Program-made: the position numbers and the translations under genes | Shown here: one piece after another, positions 8,416 through 18,150 of the stretch | Layout of the letters: each line of letters begins with the position of its first letter | Position numbering within the stretch: the first letter of the stretch is position 1 | Notes under the pieces: model-generated | The model's input: the letters and a program-made list of their open reading frames with translations, nothing else | Told to the model about the DNA's origin: nothing | The model's database searches: none | DNA from: Methylophilaceae bacterium | GTDB lineage: Bacteria > Pseudomonadota > Gammaproteobacteria > Burkholderiales > Methylophilaceae | Direction of reading: 5' to 3' | DNA length: 25,223 nucleotides | NCBI GenBank assembly: GCA_035761085.1 | Contig: DASTRT010000089.1 | Span: 1 to 25,223 of the forward strand

Positions 8416-8898
8416 ATGAAACTGGAAACCTGGGAACTGCTGAGCTACATCGTCACCGTATTCGGCCTGCCGCTGGCCATCGTCTCTTTCATCCTCGAGC
8501 AGCGCAAGGAGCGCGAGAACGAGGAGGAAGAGGTCTACCAGATGCTGTCCGATGCCTATACCGACTTCCTCAAGCTGGTAATCGACAACCCCGACCTCAA
8601 GTTGCGCTCGCAGTGCCAGATCAATGGCCTCAACGGCGAGCAGCAGGAACGCATCCACGTACTGTTCGAAATCCTCATTTCGCTGTTCGAGCGCGCCTAC
8701 CTGCTGGCCTACGACGAAAACATGAAGGGCAAACAGCTGAGGCGCTGGCGCTCGTGGGAGGACTACATGCGCGAATGGTGCGAACGGCCGGATTTCCGCG
8801 ACCTGCTGCCGCGCCTGCTGCACGGCGAGGACCCGGATTTTGCCGCCTACATCCGGCGGCTGGCGGAAGAAGTGGCGCCGGCTAGAGCCGGTGCATGA
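8416..8898 (+). CDS. Hypothetical single-pass membrane protein (160 aa)
   Basis: GGAG RBS before the ATG at 8416; N-terminal TM segment (LLSYIVTVFGLPLAIVSFIL), then an acidic/helical domain. Codon usage matches host genes. Confidence 0.8.
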   Translation: MKLETWELLSYIVTVFGLPLAIVSFILEQRKERENEEEEVYQMLSDAYTDFLKLVIDNPDLKLRSQCQINGLNGEQQERIHVLFEILISLFERAYLLAYDENMKGKQLRRWRSWEDYMREWCERPDFRDLLPRLLHGEDPDFAAYIRRLAEEVAPARAGA

Positions 8899-11464
8899 AG
8901 GCCGTCAACGGCAGCGGCTCGGAGAACAGGAAACCCTGGCCGTAGTCGCAGCCGGCTTCCACCAGCACTTCATGCTGCTCCTGGGTTTCGATGCCTTCCG
9001 CCACCACCTTGAGGTCCAGCTCGTGTGCCATGGCGATGATGGAGCGCGCAATGGCGCTGCTGCTCGGGTTGGTGTTGATGTCGCGGATGAAGGACTGATC
9101 GATCTTCAGGTAATCGATATCGAACTCCTTGAGATAAGCCATGGAGGAGTAGCCGGTGCCGAAGTCGTCAATCGCCACCTGGATGCCGGCATCGCGATAC
9201 TGCAGCAGCGTGTCGATCACCTTGGGCGTGGCATCCACCAGCATGCCTTCGGTAATCTCCACGGAAATGGAGTTCTTCTCCACGCCGCGGTTCCTTAGAT
9301 AGTCCGCCCAGTTGAGTTCGTCGCCCATGCCCTGGAATTGCATTGCCGAGCGATTGACGCTGATTTCGAAGCCGGTGCCGGATTGCCGGCTGAGTTCCAG
9401 GGAAGCCCACACCGCTTCCTTGAACACCCAGTCGCCGATCTCGTTGATGATGCCGGACTCTTCTGCGAGCGGGATGAACCTGTCCGGGTTGATGTTGCCC
9501 ATACGCGGATGGTGCCAGCGCAGCAGCGCCTCGGCCTTGCTGATCTTGCCCGTGGCCAGCTCGATGATCGGCTGGTAGACCACCTGGAACTGCCTGTAGG
9601 CCAAAGCCTCCTTGAGCTCGCCGATCAGCTTGAGACGCGCATAGGCTTCGTCCTGCATGGACCTGGTAAAGTAACTGAACTGGTTGCGCCCCGACTTCTT
9701 GGCGTTATACATGGCCTGGTCGGCATTGCGAATCAGCGCTTCCGCAGTCGGCGCGTCGGTCGGATAAAGCGTGATGCCGATGCTGGCTGAAATGCTGGCC
9801 TGCTCTTCGCGCAGCGTGAAGCCGGCAGTCAATGTTCCCAACAGCTTGTTGGCGACCTCTTCCACATGCAGCTTTTCCTCGAAATCGGTCAGGATCACGG
9901 TGAATTCGTCGCCGCCCAGGCGCGCCACCGTATCCGAAGCCCGCACGCAGCTCTGTATGCGGCGTGCCGCCTCGATCAGCAACAGGTCGCCGGTATCGTG
10001 TCCCCACAGGTCGTTGACTTCCTTGAAGCGATCCAGATCGATGAACAGCAGTGCAACGCACTGGCCGAAGCGGTCAGCCTTTTTCATCTCCTGCTCAAGC
10101 CGATCGCGGAACAGCCGGCGGTTGGGCAGATCGGTCAGGTTATCGTAATTGGCCTCGTACCAGATCTTCTGCTCGATGGACTTGCTCTCGGTGATATCGG
10201 TGACCGTACCCACCATGCGGCTGGGTACGCCATTTTCATCTAGCTCTACCACGGCGCCGCGTGCCAATACCCAGACCCACGCGCCGGACTTGGTCATTAC
10301 GCGGTATTCACAGGCGTAGGTCTTGGTCTTGCCCTCCAGGTGAAGATCCAAACGTGCCATCAGTTGCGGCAAGTCCTCCGGGTGGACCAAGCGCTGCCAT
10401 TCGTCTTCGTGAATGAAGGAAGAGTTGTCTTCGTAACCCAGCGTAGTCGCCCAGGGATAGGGGTAGTAAATCTCGCCGCTCGCGAGGTCCCAATCCCACA
10501 CGCCGTTACCCGTGGCTTCGAGCGCCAGTTTCCAGCGCTCGTCGTGACGGCGCAGGTCATCCTCGATACGCTTGGTATCGGTAATGTCCAGACCCTGCCC
10601 GCAGATGCCGATGATGCGGCCCTCCCGGTCGCGGATGGGCTCATACACCAGGTCCATGTAGCGCAATTCCAGCGGTCCGTCTTTCGTACGCCGCAGGAAA
10701 ATGGGCGCCCCCTTGTTGACGTAGGGCTTACCGGTGCGGAACACCTCGTCGTGCAGCTCAAAAAAGCCCTGCGGCGCCACTTCGGGAAAGGTGTCGCGTA
10801 TGGGTTTGCCAATTACGTCACGACGTCCGACCAAAGCATAGAAGGCTTCATTTGCCTGCTCCATGACGTGCTCGGGACCATGCGTGAAGTAGACGAAGCC
10901 GGGGGAACGGTCGAACAAATGCCGCAAGCGGTCGCGCTCCTCACTGAGCGCCTTGTTGAGTTCCTGCACCGCCTGGGCGCGAGTGAAGACGTTGGCTTCC
11001 AGGTTTGAATCTGCACCGGAGTCCTGGTCATAGGCCTTGAGCCGCTTCCGCGCGTTGACCAGCTCGGTGACATCGATAGTGGAATGCGAAATGCAAAGCA
11101 GCTCGCCCTGGGCGTCAAAGATGGGCGTACTGACTGCGCTCCAGTAACGCTCCTCGAAATAGGGCTCGCCTTGTTCCGGGTAGACCTTGATGGGGTAACG
11201 CTGGAAAGGCAGCGCATCGGCCTTGCGCGTTTCCACTGCTCGCTCGAGGGACGCCTGCAGCACCCTGATCCCATTGTCTTCACTATCGGTAGGGTCAGCT
11301 GCGAATACGTCGAACAGGTGATAGCCGACCAGCTGCTCGCGCTTGCGCCCTGAAGCCTTGAGAAAGGCTTCATTGACATCGAGGATGACGAGTTCCGGCG
11401 ATAGCAGATAGCTACCAATGGAAGAGTTGTCGAATACGGACTTGTAGACAGCAGGCGGAAGCAT
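8882..11464 (-). CDS. Cytoplasmic multi-PAS diguanylate cyclase/phosphodiesterase (PAS x3-GGDEF-EAL)
   Basis: PAS/PAC repeats (GNGVWDWD...VHPED), YDNLTDLPNR, RASD..RLGGDEF, KAEALLRW, IDDFGTGYSS and VVAEGIET. Confidence 0.95.
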   Translation of the reverse strand: MLPPAVYKSVFDNSSIGSYLLSPELVILDVNEAFLKASGRKREQLVGYHLFDVFAADPTDSEDNGIRVLQASLERAVETRKADALPFQRYPIKVYPEQGEPYFEERYWSAVSTPIFDAQGELLCISHSTIDVTELVNARKRLKAYDQDSGADSNLEANVFTRAQAVQELNKALSEERDRLRHLFDRSPGFVYFTHGPEHVMEQANEAFYALVGRRDVIGKPIRDTFPEVAPQGFFELHDEVFRTGKPYVNKGAPIFLRRTKDGPLELRYMDLVYEPIRDREGRIIGICGQGLDITDTKRIEDDLRRHDERWKLALEATGNGVWDWDLASGEIYYPYPWATTLGYEDNSSFIHEDEWQRLVHPEDLPQLMARLDLHLEGKTKTYACEYRVMTKSGAWVWVLARGAVVELDENGVPSRMVGTVTDITESKSIEQKIWYEANYDNLTDLPNRRLFRDRLEQEMKKADRFGQCVALLFIDLDRFKEVNDLWGHDTGDLLLIEAARRIQSCVRASDTVARLGGDEFTVILTDFEEKLHVEEVANKLLGTLTAGFTLREEQASISASIGITLYPTDAPTAEALIRNADQAMYNAKKSGRNQFSYFTRSMQDEAYARLKLIGELKEALAYRQFQVVYQPIIELATGKISKAEALLRWHHPRMGNINPDRFIPLAEESGIINEIGDWVFKEAVWASLELSRQSGTGFEISVNRSAMQFQGMGDELNWADYLRNRGVEKNSISVEITEGMLVDATPKVIDTLLQYRDAGIQVAIDDFGTGYSSMAYLKEFDIDYLKIDQSFIRDINTNPSSSAIARSIIAMAHELDLKVVAEGIETQEQHEVLVEAGCDYGQGFLFSEPLPLTAFMHRL

Positions 11465-11471
11465 GGAGGAG

Positions 11472-11625
11472 TGCCGGTAGAACGCTACCCGGCAGATACC
11501 GGGAATAAAATTAAGCTTATAGCTGGAACTGAGTTACGGCTCTGTGCGGACCGTAACCGATATGTGCTGTCAGGTAGCAGGGCTTGCGCGGCTGGAGTTA
11601 GTGCCAGTATGGCCGCTGCCCTGCT
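11472..11625 (-). other. Cluster of three stem-loops upstream of the PAS-GGDEF-EAL gene
   Basis: Stems at 11472-11494 (9 bp, one bulge), 11533-11557 (GTTACGG/CCGTAAC) and 11576-11625 (AGCAGGGC/GCCCTGCT with inner GCGGC/GCCGC and TGG/CCA). Confidence 0.4.
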
Positions 11626-11691
11626 TTATATCCTGGATGCAACAATTTGACCAAGATGGAGATGGTGTAATGAACTGCTGATACTCACCGC

Positions 11692-11913
11692 TCAATCTAC
11701 CTCATCGGACACGGAGCTCACCGGCGTCTTAGAAGCGCCTTCGAGCTCGAAGCCCTGACTTTCCATGCGCTTTCTATATTCACAGGAAGGCAGATGGCCT
11801 TCCAGCTTGCCGTTGATGGTCGTCGTGATGACCTTGCAATAGGCGCAGCGATAAGTGAAGGCATGGCCTTCAACATGTTCCTGCGGGTAGTCGATATAAA
11901 ACAATCTTTTCAT
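11692..11913 (-). CDS. Small hypothetical protein with CxxC...HxxxC putative zinc site
   Basis: 73 aa with RCAYC-x13-HLPSC and a purine-rich RBS (AGGAATGAG). It fills the gap between two genes on the same strand. Confidence 0.7.
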   Translation of the reverse strand: MKRLFYIDYPQEHVEGHAFTYRCAYCKVITTTINGKLEGHLPSCEYRKRMESQGFELEGASKTPVSSVSDEVD

Positions 11914-12017
11914 TTAACTCATTCCTGATTACCGGTTGACTGATGCTTGCTGCCTCGGCAGGCAACAGCCGTGAGTCTAACAGGCTTGTCGCTATCCAGG
12001 GTTGGGGAAGGCTTGGT

Positions 12018-12884
12018 TTAGCGCGTGACCGCCACCTTGTAACCGGCCTTGCGCAAACGCCCAAGAATGCCGTCAGCGCCTGCCAAATGAGCGGCACCTA
12101 CGGCGACAAACAGCCGGGAGGAAGCCGCTCTTTCGGCGATACGTTTCGCCATCACGGCATTGCGCTCGTCGATCAACCTTGTGCGGATCTTCTGCCATAG
12201 CGCGGGCGGCAATTCGTTACTGGTGGTCTTCTCATCGATGCGTGCAATGTCATCCGCATTGCCCGCCACGTAAGCCTTTAGCAGGGCTTCGTAATCGTGC
12301 GTCTTTTCTTCGGGGCTGTGGTCGAGCACGGTACGCAGAATAGTGAGCTGCTCGGCACGACTCAAGCTATCGAGCATGGTGAAGTGCGCAGCCGGGTCTT
12401 CCAGCCCCTCTACACTCTTGCCCAACTCGCCTGCCTTGGCGTAAAGCAGCACATCCTGCGTCAGTGGCGATTGCGGTTCAGGCAGGTCGAACAACATGGC
12501 CAGCAGCCAGGGCTTCATGTGCAGCAGGGTGTCCTCGTGCATGGCGTGCTGCTCCGCGAGCTGGCGCGCCTTTTCCCACATGTCGTCGGAAAGCTCGGCG
12601 CGCAGGTTGTAGTCCTTGAGAAAATACAGGGAGGGATCGGAAGGCGGAAGCGTTTCCATCATAAAAACCTCGCTGCCCTCCAGCGCCTTGAGCACGGCGG
12701 GTGAAAATTGTGTAACGCGCGGATCGTCCACATGAATGGTGCCGAAGAGGTGGCTGACGGTGCCATTGGGTGAAGTGACCTTCCACAACAGACCGGTCTC
12801 GGCAGCCTGAGGTGCCGACAGAAAGCCCATCAGGGCGAGCGCCGCCAGGCCGCGCCAGAGATTCAGAAAATTGGATGAGCGCAT
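12018..12884 (-). CDS. TraB/GumN (Tiki-like) family periplasmic protein
   Basis: Signal peptide, LLWKV...HLFGTIH, LIDERN..MA and LFVAVGAAHL motifs. Confidence 0.9.
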   Translation of the reverse strand: MRSSNFLNLWRGLAALALMGFLSAPQAAETGLLWKVTSPNGTVSHLFGTIHVDDPRVTQFSPAVLKALEGSEVFMMETLPPSDPSLYFLKDYNLRAELSDDMWEKARQLAEQHAMHEDTLLHMKPWLLAMLFDLPEPQSPLTQDVLLYAKAGELGKSVEGLEDPAAHFTMLDSLSRAEQLTILRTVLDHSPEEKTHDYEALLKAYVAGNADDIARIDEKTTSNELPPALWQKIRTRLIDERNAVMAKRIAERAASSRLFVAVGAAHLAGADGILGRLRKAGYKVAVTR

Positions 12885-12964
12885 GCAGTCCTTAATAATT
12901 CACAGCAAACGCTGCTTCGACACTGCATGGACTTTGGCAGTTCGCCGCGGCCGGCAGGAAGCAC

Positions 12965-13972
12965 CTAACGGCGGTAGAACGACTGGTACCAGTCCACAAA
13001 ACGTGCGATGCCGGTCTCGATGGAGGTTGCGGGCTTGAAGCCGACATCTCGCATGAGGTCATCGACATCGGCAAACGTCGCCGGTACATCGCCAGGCTGC
13101 ATGGGCAGGTAATTCTTCACCGCAGGCTTGCCCAGATTTTGCTCCAGCAGCGAGATCAGCTGCATCAGCGGCACCGGCGCGCTATTGCCGATGTTGTAGA
13201 TCTTGTAAGGCGCGCGCGAACTGCCGGGATCGGGATGGTCTCCACTCCAATGCGGGTTTCCTTGCGGCACGCGGTCGAGCACGCGCAACACGCCCTCGAC
13301 GATGTCGTCGATGTAGGTGAAATCGCGCTGCATCTCGCCGTGGTTGAACACATCAATTGGGCGCCCTTCCATGATCGCCTTGGCGAAAAGGAAATACGCC
13401 ATGTCCGGGCGCCCCCATGGACCGTAGACGGTGAAGAAGCGCAGCCCGGTGACCGGCAGCCGGTAGAGATGGCTGTAGCTATGCGCCATCAGCTCATTGG
13501 CCTTCTTGGTGGCGGCGTACAGACTCAGCGGATGGTCGACATTGTCGTGTACCGAGAAGGGCATCTTGCTGTTGGCGCCGTAGACCGAGCTCGACGAGGC
13601 AAAGACCAGATGCTCGACCTCATTATGGCGGCAGCCTTCCAGAATGTTGAGAAACCCCTGTAGGTTGGAATCTGCATAAGCTTGCGGATTAACCAGCGAA
13701 TAGCGCACGCCGGCCTGCGCCGCAAGATGGACGACGCGTTGCGGACGATGCTCGGCAAACAGGCGCTGCATGGTTTCGCGGTCATGCACATCGGCACGGA
13801 TATTGGTAAACAGGGGACGATCCTTGATCCGGGCCAGGCGAGCCTCTTTCAGGCGCACATCGTAATAATCGTTGAGGTTATCCACGCCGATGACGGTATC
13901 GCCGCGTTCCAGCAGGCGCTGTGCGAGGAAATTGCCGATAAATCCGGCAGTGCCGGTAACAAGTATTTTCAT
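12965..13972 (-). CDS. NAD-dependent epimerase, UDP-glucuronate 4-epimerase type (LpsL/WbnF/CapI-like)
   Basis: [48 protein letters not shown] and [10 protein letters not shown]. The start is the ATG at 13972. Confidence 0.9.
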   Translation of the reverse strand: MKILVTGTAGFIGNFLAQRLLERGDTVIGVDNLNDYYDVRLKEARLARIKDRPLFTNIRADVHDRETMQRLFAEHRPQRVVHLAAQAGVRYSLVNPQAYADSNLQGFLNILEGCRHNEVEHLVFASSSSVYGANSKMPFSVHDNVDHPLSLYAATKKANELMAHSYSHLYRLPVTGLRFFTVYGPWGRPDMAYFLFAKAIMEGRPIDVFNHGEMQRDFTYIDDIVEGVLRVLDRVPQGNPHWSGDHPDPGSSRAPYKIYNIGNSAPVPLMQLISLLEQNLGKPAVKNYLPMQPGDVPATFADVDDLMRDVGFKPATSIETGIARFVDWYQSFYRR

Positions 13973-13988
13973 TAGCGGAACGTTTCCA

Positions 13989-15431
13989 TCAGCTTGTGCC
14001 CTGGGCCGCAGGGCATGCAGTGCCAAGACCGTACACCGTCAGGGCTTTACGCGATTTCAGGTAAGGGTTGAATTCCACGATCGTACAATTTACAGAAAGC
14101 GCAGGCGCCGCTTTCGCGTCATGTTCCACCAGCAGGTAAGCCGAGGTTCCGCGTTTCGAGAGCTGCTGCAACGCCGCATCGTCCAACAGCGGAATATTCT
14201 GACCGGCGTAATACAGAAGCCGTTCGTCCAGATGTCGATAGCCATACAGCGGCAATTCGCGATGTGCCTGGTGCCAGGTCTGGAATCCCTGCAAGGCGAC
14301 ATAACGATAATCGAACACCCGCGCTTCAGCCACGGCATAGAAGGCACCATATCCGGCGAGAAGCAGAAAGCTCAGGGCCATGAGCACGCGTTGCCAGCGC
14401 GCTTGCACCGCTTCACACACTTCGGCCAGCCGCTTGCCGAGCAGGATGGCAATCCAGGGATAAGTAGGCAGCAGGTACTTGGCATGCTTGTCACTGAAAA
14501 GCGTGTACAGCACGAACGGCAGTGCAATCGCCAGCACCACAGGCAGCAGTGTTGTGGACGCCTGCCGCCATCTGCGCCAGGTCGCCACGGGAGCCACAAA
14601 CAACAGCAGACTGGCCGGGAAAAAGTCCGACAGATACCACAGGAAATAATTGTAGAAGGGCTCTCCGGCATGCCCGTACATCTTGGCCAGCATGTCGTGC
14701 CGCACGGTGGTGCGCCAAATGTCCATGCCCTCCTGCCAGGTCACGGCGAAAAACCACGATCCGCCGACTGCCACAAATATCAGCCAGCCGAGCGGGTCGC
14801 GCAGTGCCTGCCAGGTCCGCGTATCACGACGGAAGAATGCCAGCACCAGCAACGGCAGCGTGACAAAAATCAGCACCAGCGGACCCTTGGTCAACACCCC
14901 CAGGCCCAGCAGGAAATAGCTCAGCCACAGCCAATAACGCCTGCCCTCCTCCAGCACGTAATGCAGCGCCGCCAGCAGCGAGGCGAAGCACAGGGTGGCA
15001 AGCAGCATCTCGATCTCGGCACGCCGGGCGAACAGGGCAAAGCTGGCATTGGCCAGCAGCAACTGCAAGGTAAACAGGGCCGCCCAAATGCCAAAGTGGC
15101 GATGCGCGAAGCGGTAGGCGAGTATGGCAGTCACCGCTGCCGCCATCGCTGAAGGCAGACGCAGCGTCCATTCATTGACCGAGCCGGCCACCAGCGAGGC
15201 GCTGGCTTCCAGCCAGTAGAACAGCGGAGGTTTGGTCAGGTAGAGCTCGCCATTGAGACGCGGCAGCAACCAGTCACCGCTAGTGAACATGGAAGCGGTG
15301 GACAGTGCACGACGCGCCTCATTGTAGGAAAGCAAGGGGATGCTGCCCAGCCCCCATAGCAGCAGGATGGCGGCTAACAGCACGCTGGCGACGAGAAGGA
15401 TGCGGTAGGTTTTCAACTGCTCAGTGGGCAT
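13989..15431 (-). CDS. ArnT/GT83-like (GT-C fold) polyprenyl-phosphate-sugar transferase, paralog 1
   Basis: Polytopic membrane protein with [41 protein letters not shown] and KYLLPTYP. Confidence 0.88.
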   Translation of the reverse strand: MPTEQLKTYRILLVASVLLAAILLLWGLGSIPLLSYNEARRALSTASMFTSGDWLLPRLNGELYLTKPPLFYWLEASASLVAGSVNEWTLRLPSAMAAAVTAILAYRFAHRHFGIWAALFTLQLLLANASFALFARRAEIEMLLATLCFASLLAALHYVLEEGRRYWLWLSYFLLGLGVLTKGPLVLIFVTLPLLVLAFFRRDTRTWQALRDPLGWLIFVAVGGSWFFAVTWQEGMDIWRTTVRHDMLAKMYGHAGEPFYNYFLWYLSDFFPASLLLFVAPVATWRRWRQASTTLLPVVLAIALPFVLYTLFSDKHAKYLLPTYPWIAILLGKRLAEVCEAVQARWQRVLMALSFLLLAGYGAFYAVAEARVFDYRYVALQGFQTWHQAHRELPLYGYRHLDERLLYYAGQNIPLLDDAALQQLSKRGTSAYLLVEHDAKAAPALSVNCTIVEFNPYLKSRKALTVYGLGTACPAAQGTS

Positions 15432-16404
15432 GGGTTTGTTTCAAGCAGCTTTCTACCCCGGAAGTGCAATTTCTGTCCATATGGAATGCAGCCTGCAGAT
15501 GGTCGCCGGAATCCAGGTAGCTGATGTTGACACCGGCCGCATCCAGCGCAACTCGCACAAACCCATGCTCGGCAGCCGAAAATCGCAGGTCGGAAGCTCC
15601 CGTTTTCACGGCATAGAGCTTCCCTCCGCCGCCACCGCTGACGACATGAATGGGCTCGCCCTCGCGCACAATCAACTGCTGGTTGTGGTCATGCGCAGCA
15701 ATATAAAGATCGACATTGGCGGCCTGCATGGCAGAGATCAAGGGATTGTTTGCGCCCTCGCCTTCCTGATGGTGCTTGCCGTAAGTGCGGATAGCGTGGT
15801 GAGCGATCACGATTTTCCAGATAGGGTGATTGCCCTGTGAAAACTGTTGCTTGAGATATTCGGCCTCGCCACGGGGATCCTGATTGGTATCGAGAAACAC
15901 GATCTGCACCAAAGGCTGCCCGTTCACGCGGCCGAAAACCTCACTGTAATGCCGTCCCGGCATGCGCCAGCGGTTGGAGCCCAGGTGACGGCTGGCATAA
16001 TCCAACTCGGCTTGTACCGAACCCGGGTAATCGTGGTTGCCCAATACGGCGTAAAAGGGAATGGCATCGAGATATTTACCCGTGTACATGTGCTCGAATG
16101 CACGCATCCAGGCTGACGACTCCGTGGTCATATTGTCTTCGATATAGAAGTTGTCGCCCAGCAGCACGGTGAAATCCAGCCCGCCATCCTTTTGCGCCTG
16201 CGTCTCCATGGCGCCGGCCACCGCTCTCTGTTCGCTATTCGCCTTGCCCTGGTCACCGAGCGCGTAGAACGTAATGTGCGTGGTTTCATCAGGAGAGGAA
16301 GGAATGCGCGGCAGGTAATCATTGAAGCCGCGATAAAAGCCAAGGGCCACGATGACCAGCAAGGCCGGCAGGATAAGTTTGACGAGGCGGGATTTTTTCA
16401 GCAT
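15421..16404 (-). CDS. Membrane-anchored/exported calcineurin-like metallophosphoesterase, purple acid phosphatase type
   Basis: N-terminal hydrophobic helix. All five PAP-type motifs are present: GDQG, GDNFY, GNHD, VIAHH and AHDH (variant of GHxH). Confidence 0.88.
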   Translation of the reverse strand: MLKKSRLVKLILPALLVIVALGFYRGFNDYLPRIPSSPDETTHITFYALGDQGKANSEQRAVAGAMETQAQKDGGLDFTVLLGDNFYIEDNMTTESSAWMRAFEHMYTGKYLDAIPFYAVLGNHDYPGSVQAELDYASRHLGSNRWRMPGRHYSEVFGRVNGQPLVQIVFLDTNQDPRGEAEYLKQQFSQGNHPIWKIVIAHHAIRTYGKHHQEGEGANNPLISAMQAANVDLYIAAHDHNQQLIVREGEPIHVVSGGGGGKLYAVKTGASDLRFSAAEHGFVRVALDAAGVNISYLDSGDHLQAAFHMDRNCTSGVESCLKQTHAH

Positions 16405-16419
16405 AGCGTCATCATTGGC

Positions 16420-18150
16420 CTAATGCCCGGAGGTTAACGGCCTGCTGCCGGGGCGACCGCAATTGGCAGGGTGAGCGCTGCACCAGGTTTCCCACTGCGC
16501 GTTATCGACCACACCTACCTGCATCTTCAGGTAATCCTGCAGAAACTCCAGATCGAGGCCGTCCAGTGGGTTCTTGCGGTTGAAATAGATCACCGCCCGA
16601 CCTTCCGGATGCTCGGCGAACCATTGAGAAAGATGCGGTCGGTCCAGCACTTGCGGCGATTGCTGCAGACGGCCGATGAAATCGTAGATACCGGGGTACG
16701 GACCAGCATGCGCCAGCGGTACGCCGATCTGCTCCAGATGCTCGAGATGATGGGCAATAGGCCGCACATCATAGGCCGTACCCGCAGCGCGAATAACGCC
16801 CAGATGAATGACTCCAGCCAGCAGCATGCTGACCAGCGCCAGCGCCCACAGCTTGGCCTGCAACCGGTTACGGAAACCGAACCACAGGCCCGCACTGCCT
16901 GCAATCAGAAGCAAAGGTGTCCAGGTAGGGATATGCACGACCCAGGCCGTGGCCGGATGGTCTTCTACCCATGCAGGAGGATGCAGCAGCAGGATGGCGA
17001 GTCCAACGATCACCAGCAGTACCGGCAGACCCTGTCGATGCTGCACCTTCGGCGTTTCTTGCAGCACACGGGCGGCAAGTAAAGCAAATGCCGGCAGCAG
17101 CGGCAGCAGATAATGGATCTGCTTGCCGCTGACCAGTGAAAACAGTACAAACGTCGACCCCAGCCAGCTCAGGCAAAACCGCGTGCCTTCATCCAGACCG
17201 TTTTTGCGCATGCTGACGGCAGCTTTCCAAAGCGCCCCCCACAGCAGCCACGGGAAGAACAGGATGGGCAGCAGCGGCAGATACCACCAGACCTCGCGCT
17301 GGTGCGCAAAGGCGTTCACCAGGCGATGGGCGCTCTGTCCCCATAGAATCGCCTGTGCGTAGTGCTCACCGCCATGCAGTGCGGCCGGGATCGCCCACAA
17401 CAGGGCGAGCGAAATACCGATAGCCGAAGCAGCGCCCGCACCGGCATACCAATAGCGCCAGTTCATGGCCCTGCTGCGCAACCACCAGGGTGCCAGCAGC
17501 ATGGCCGGCAGCACATGCAGGAATATGGCCGGGCCTTTGGCCAGCAGGCCGCCGGCAATGGCCATGGCAAACAAGGCCCAACCGGCTCGGATGCGATCTT
17601 GCATGGCCATAACGAGACCCAGCATGCCGAGCAGCGTAAACAAGGCCAGCAGCATGTCGAACATGACGGCAGTTCCGAGTGCCGCCCACAAGGCGGTGCC
17701 GGAGAGCATCAATGCCGCGTGCATCGGGGTTTGTTGCAGCTGCGGCCACAGGCGGCGAGCCAGCAGCATGATAAGCCAGGCATTTCCCAAAGCGACGAGA
17801 CAGGTCAGCAGGCGCGGCCACCAGTCACTGACGCCGAAGACGCTCCACCCCAGATTGATCAGCCAGAACAGCAAGGGCGGTTTGTCGCTGTAGGGCATGC
17901 CATTGAGCATGGGCACCAGGAAATCGCCGCTGAGATGCATGTTCCAGGCGACGGTCACGTAGCGCGTTTCGTCCACCGGGATAAAGGAGCGGCCGAACAG
18001 CTCAATCAAGGCGAGCAGCAGCCAGATCGAAGCCAGAACCAGGAATTGCCAGTTGAACAGGCGTTGCGATTGGATGCCGGCAAATGTTCTGCCGCCGAGG
18101 ACGGCGGGTTCGGATATGACGTGCGGCTTGGTTAGCGTGTTAGCTGCCAT
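16420..18150 (-). CDS. ArnT/GT83-like polyprenyl-phosphate-sugar transferase, paralog 2
   Basis: PVDETRY, PMLNGMPYSDKPPLLFW, VMFDMLL, LAKGP and SGKQIHYLLPL motifs; many TM helices. Confidence 0.9.
   Translation of the reverse strand: MAANTLTKPHVISEPAVLGGRTFAGIQSQRLFNWQFLVLASIWLLLALIELFGRSFIPVDETRYVTVAWNMHLSGDFLVPMLNGMPYSDKPPLLFWLINLGWSVFGVSDWWPRLLTCLVALGNAWLIMLLARRLWPQLQQTPMHAALMLSGTALWAALGTAVMFDMLLALFTLLGMLGLVMAMQDRIRAGWALFAMAIAGGLLAKGPAIFLHVLPAMLLAPWWLRSRAMNWRYWYAGAGAASAIGISLALLWAIPAALHGGEHYAQAILWGQSAHRLVNAFAHQREVWWYLPLLPILFFPWLLWGALWKAAVSMRKNGLDEGTRFCLSWLGSTFVLFSLVSGKQIHYLLPLLPAFALLAARVLQETPKVQHRQGLPVLLVIVGLAILLLHPPAWVEDHPATAWVVHIPTWTPLLLIAGSAGLWFGFRNRLQAKLWALALVSMLLAGVIHLGVIRAAGTAYDVRPIAHHLEHLEQIGVPLAHAGPYPGIYDFIGRLQQSPQVLDRPHLSQWFAEHPEGRAVIYFNRKNPLDGLDLEFLQDYLKMQVGVVDNAQWETWCSAHPANCGRPGSRPLTSGH

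Noticed and set aside
11465-11691. c-di-GMP-I/II riboswitch
   Set aside because: I could not find the conserved tetraloop/receptor or binding-pocket sequences; kept only as an unassigned structured region.
13872-15152. 426-aa + strand ORF
   Set aside because: Antisense shadow of the ArnT and epimerase genes in GC-rich DNA, with no motifs.
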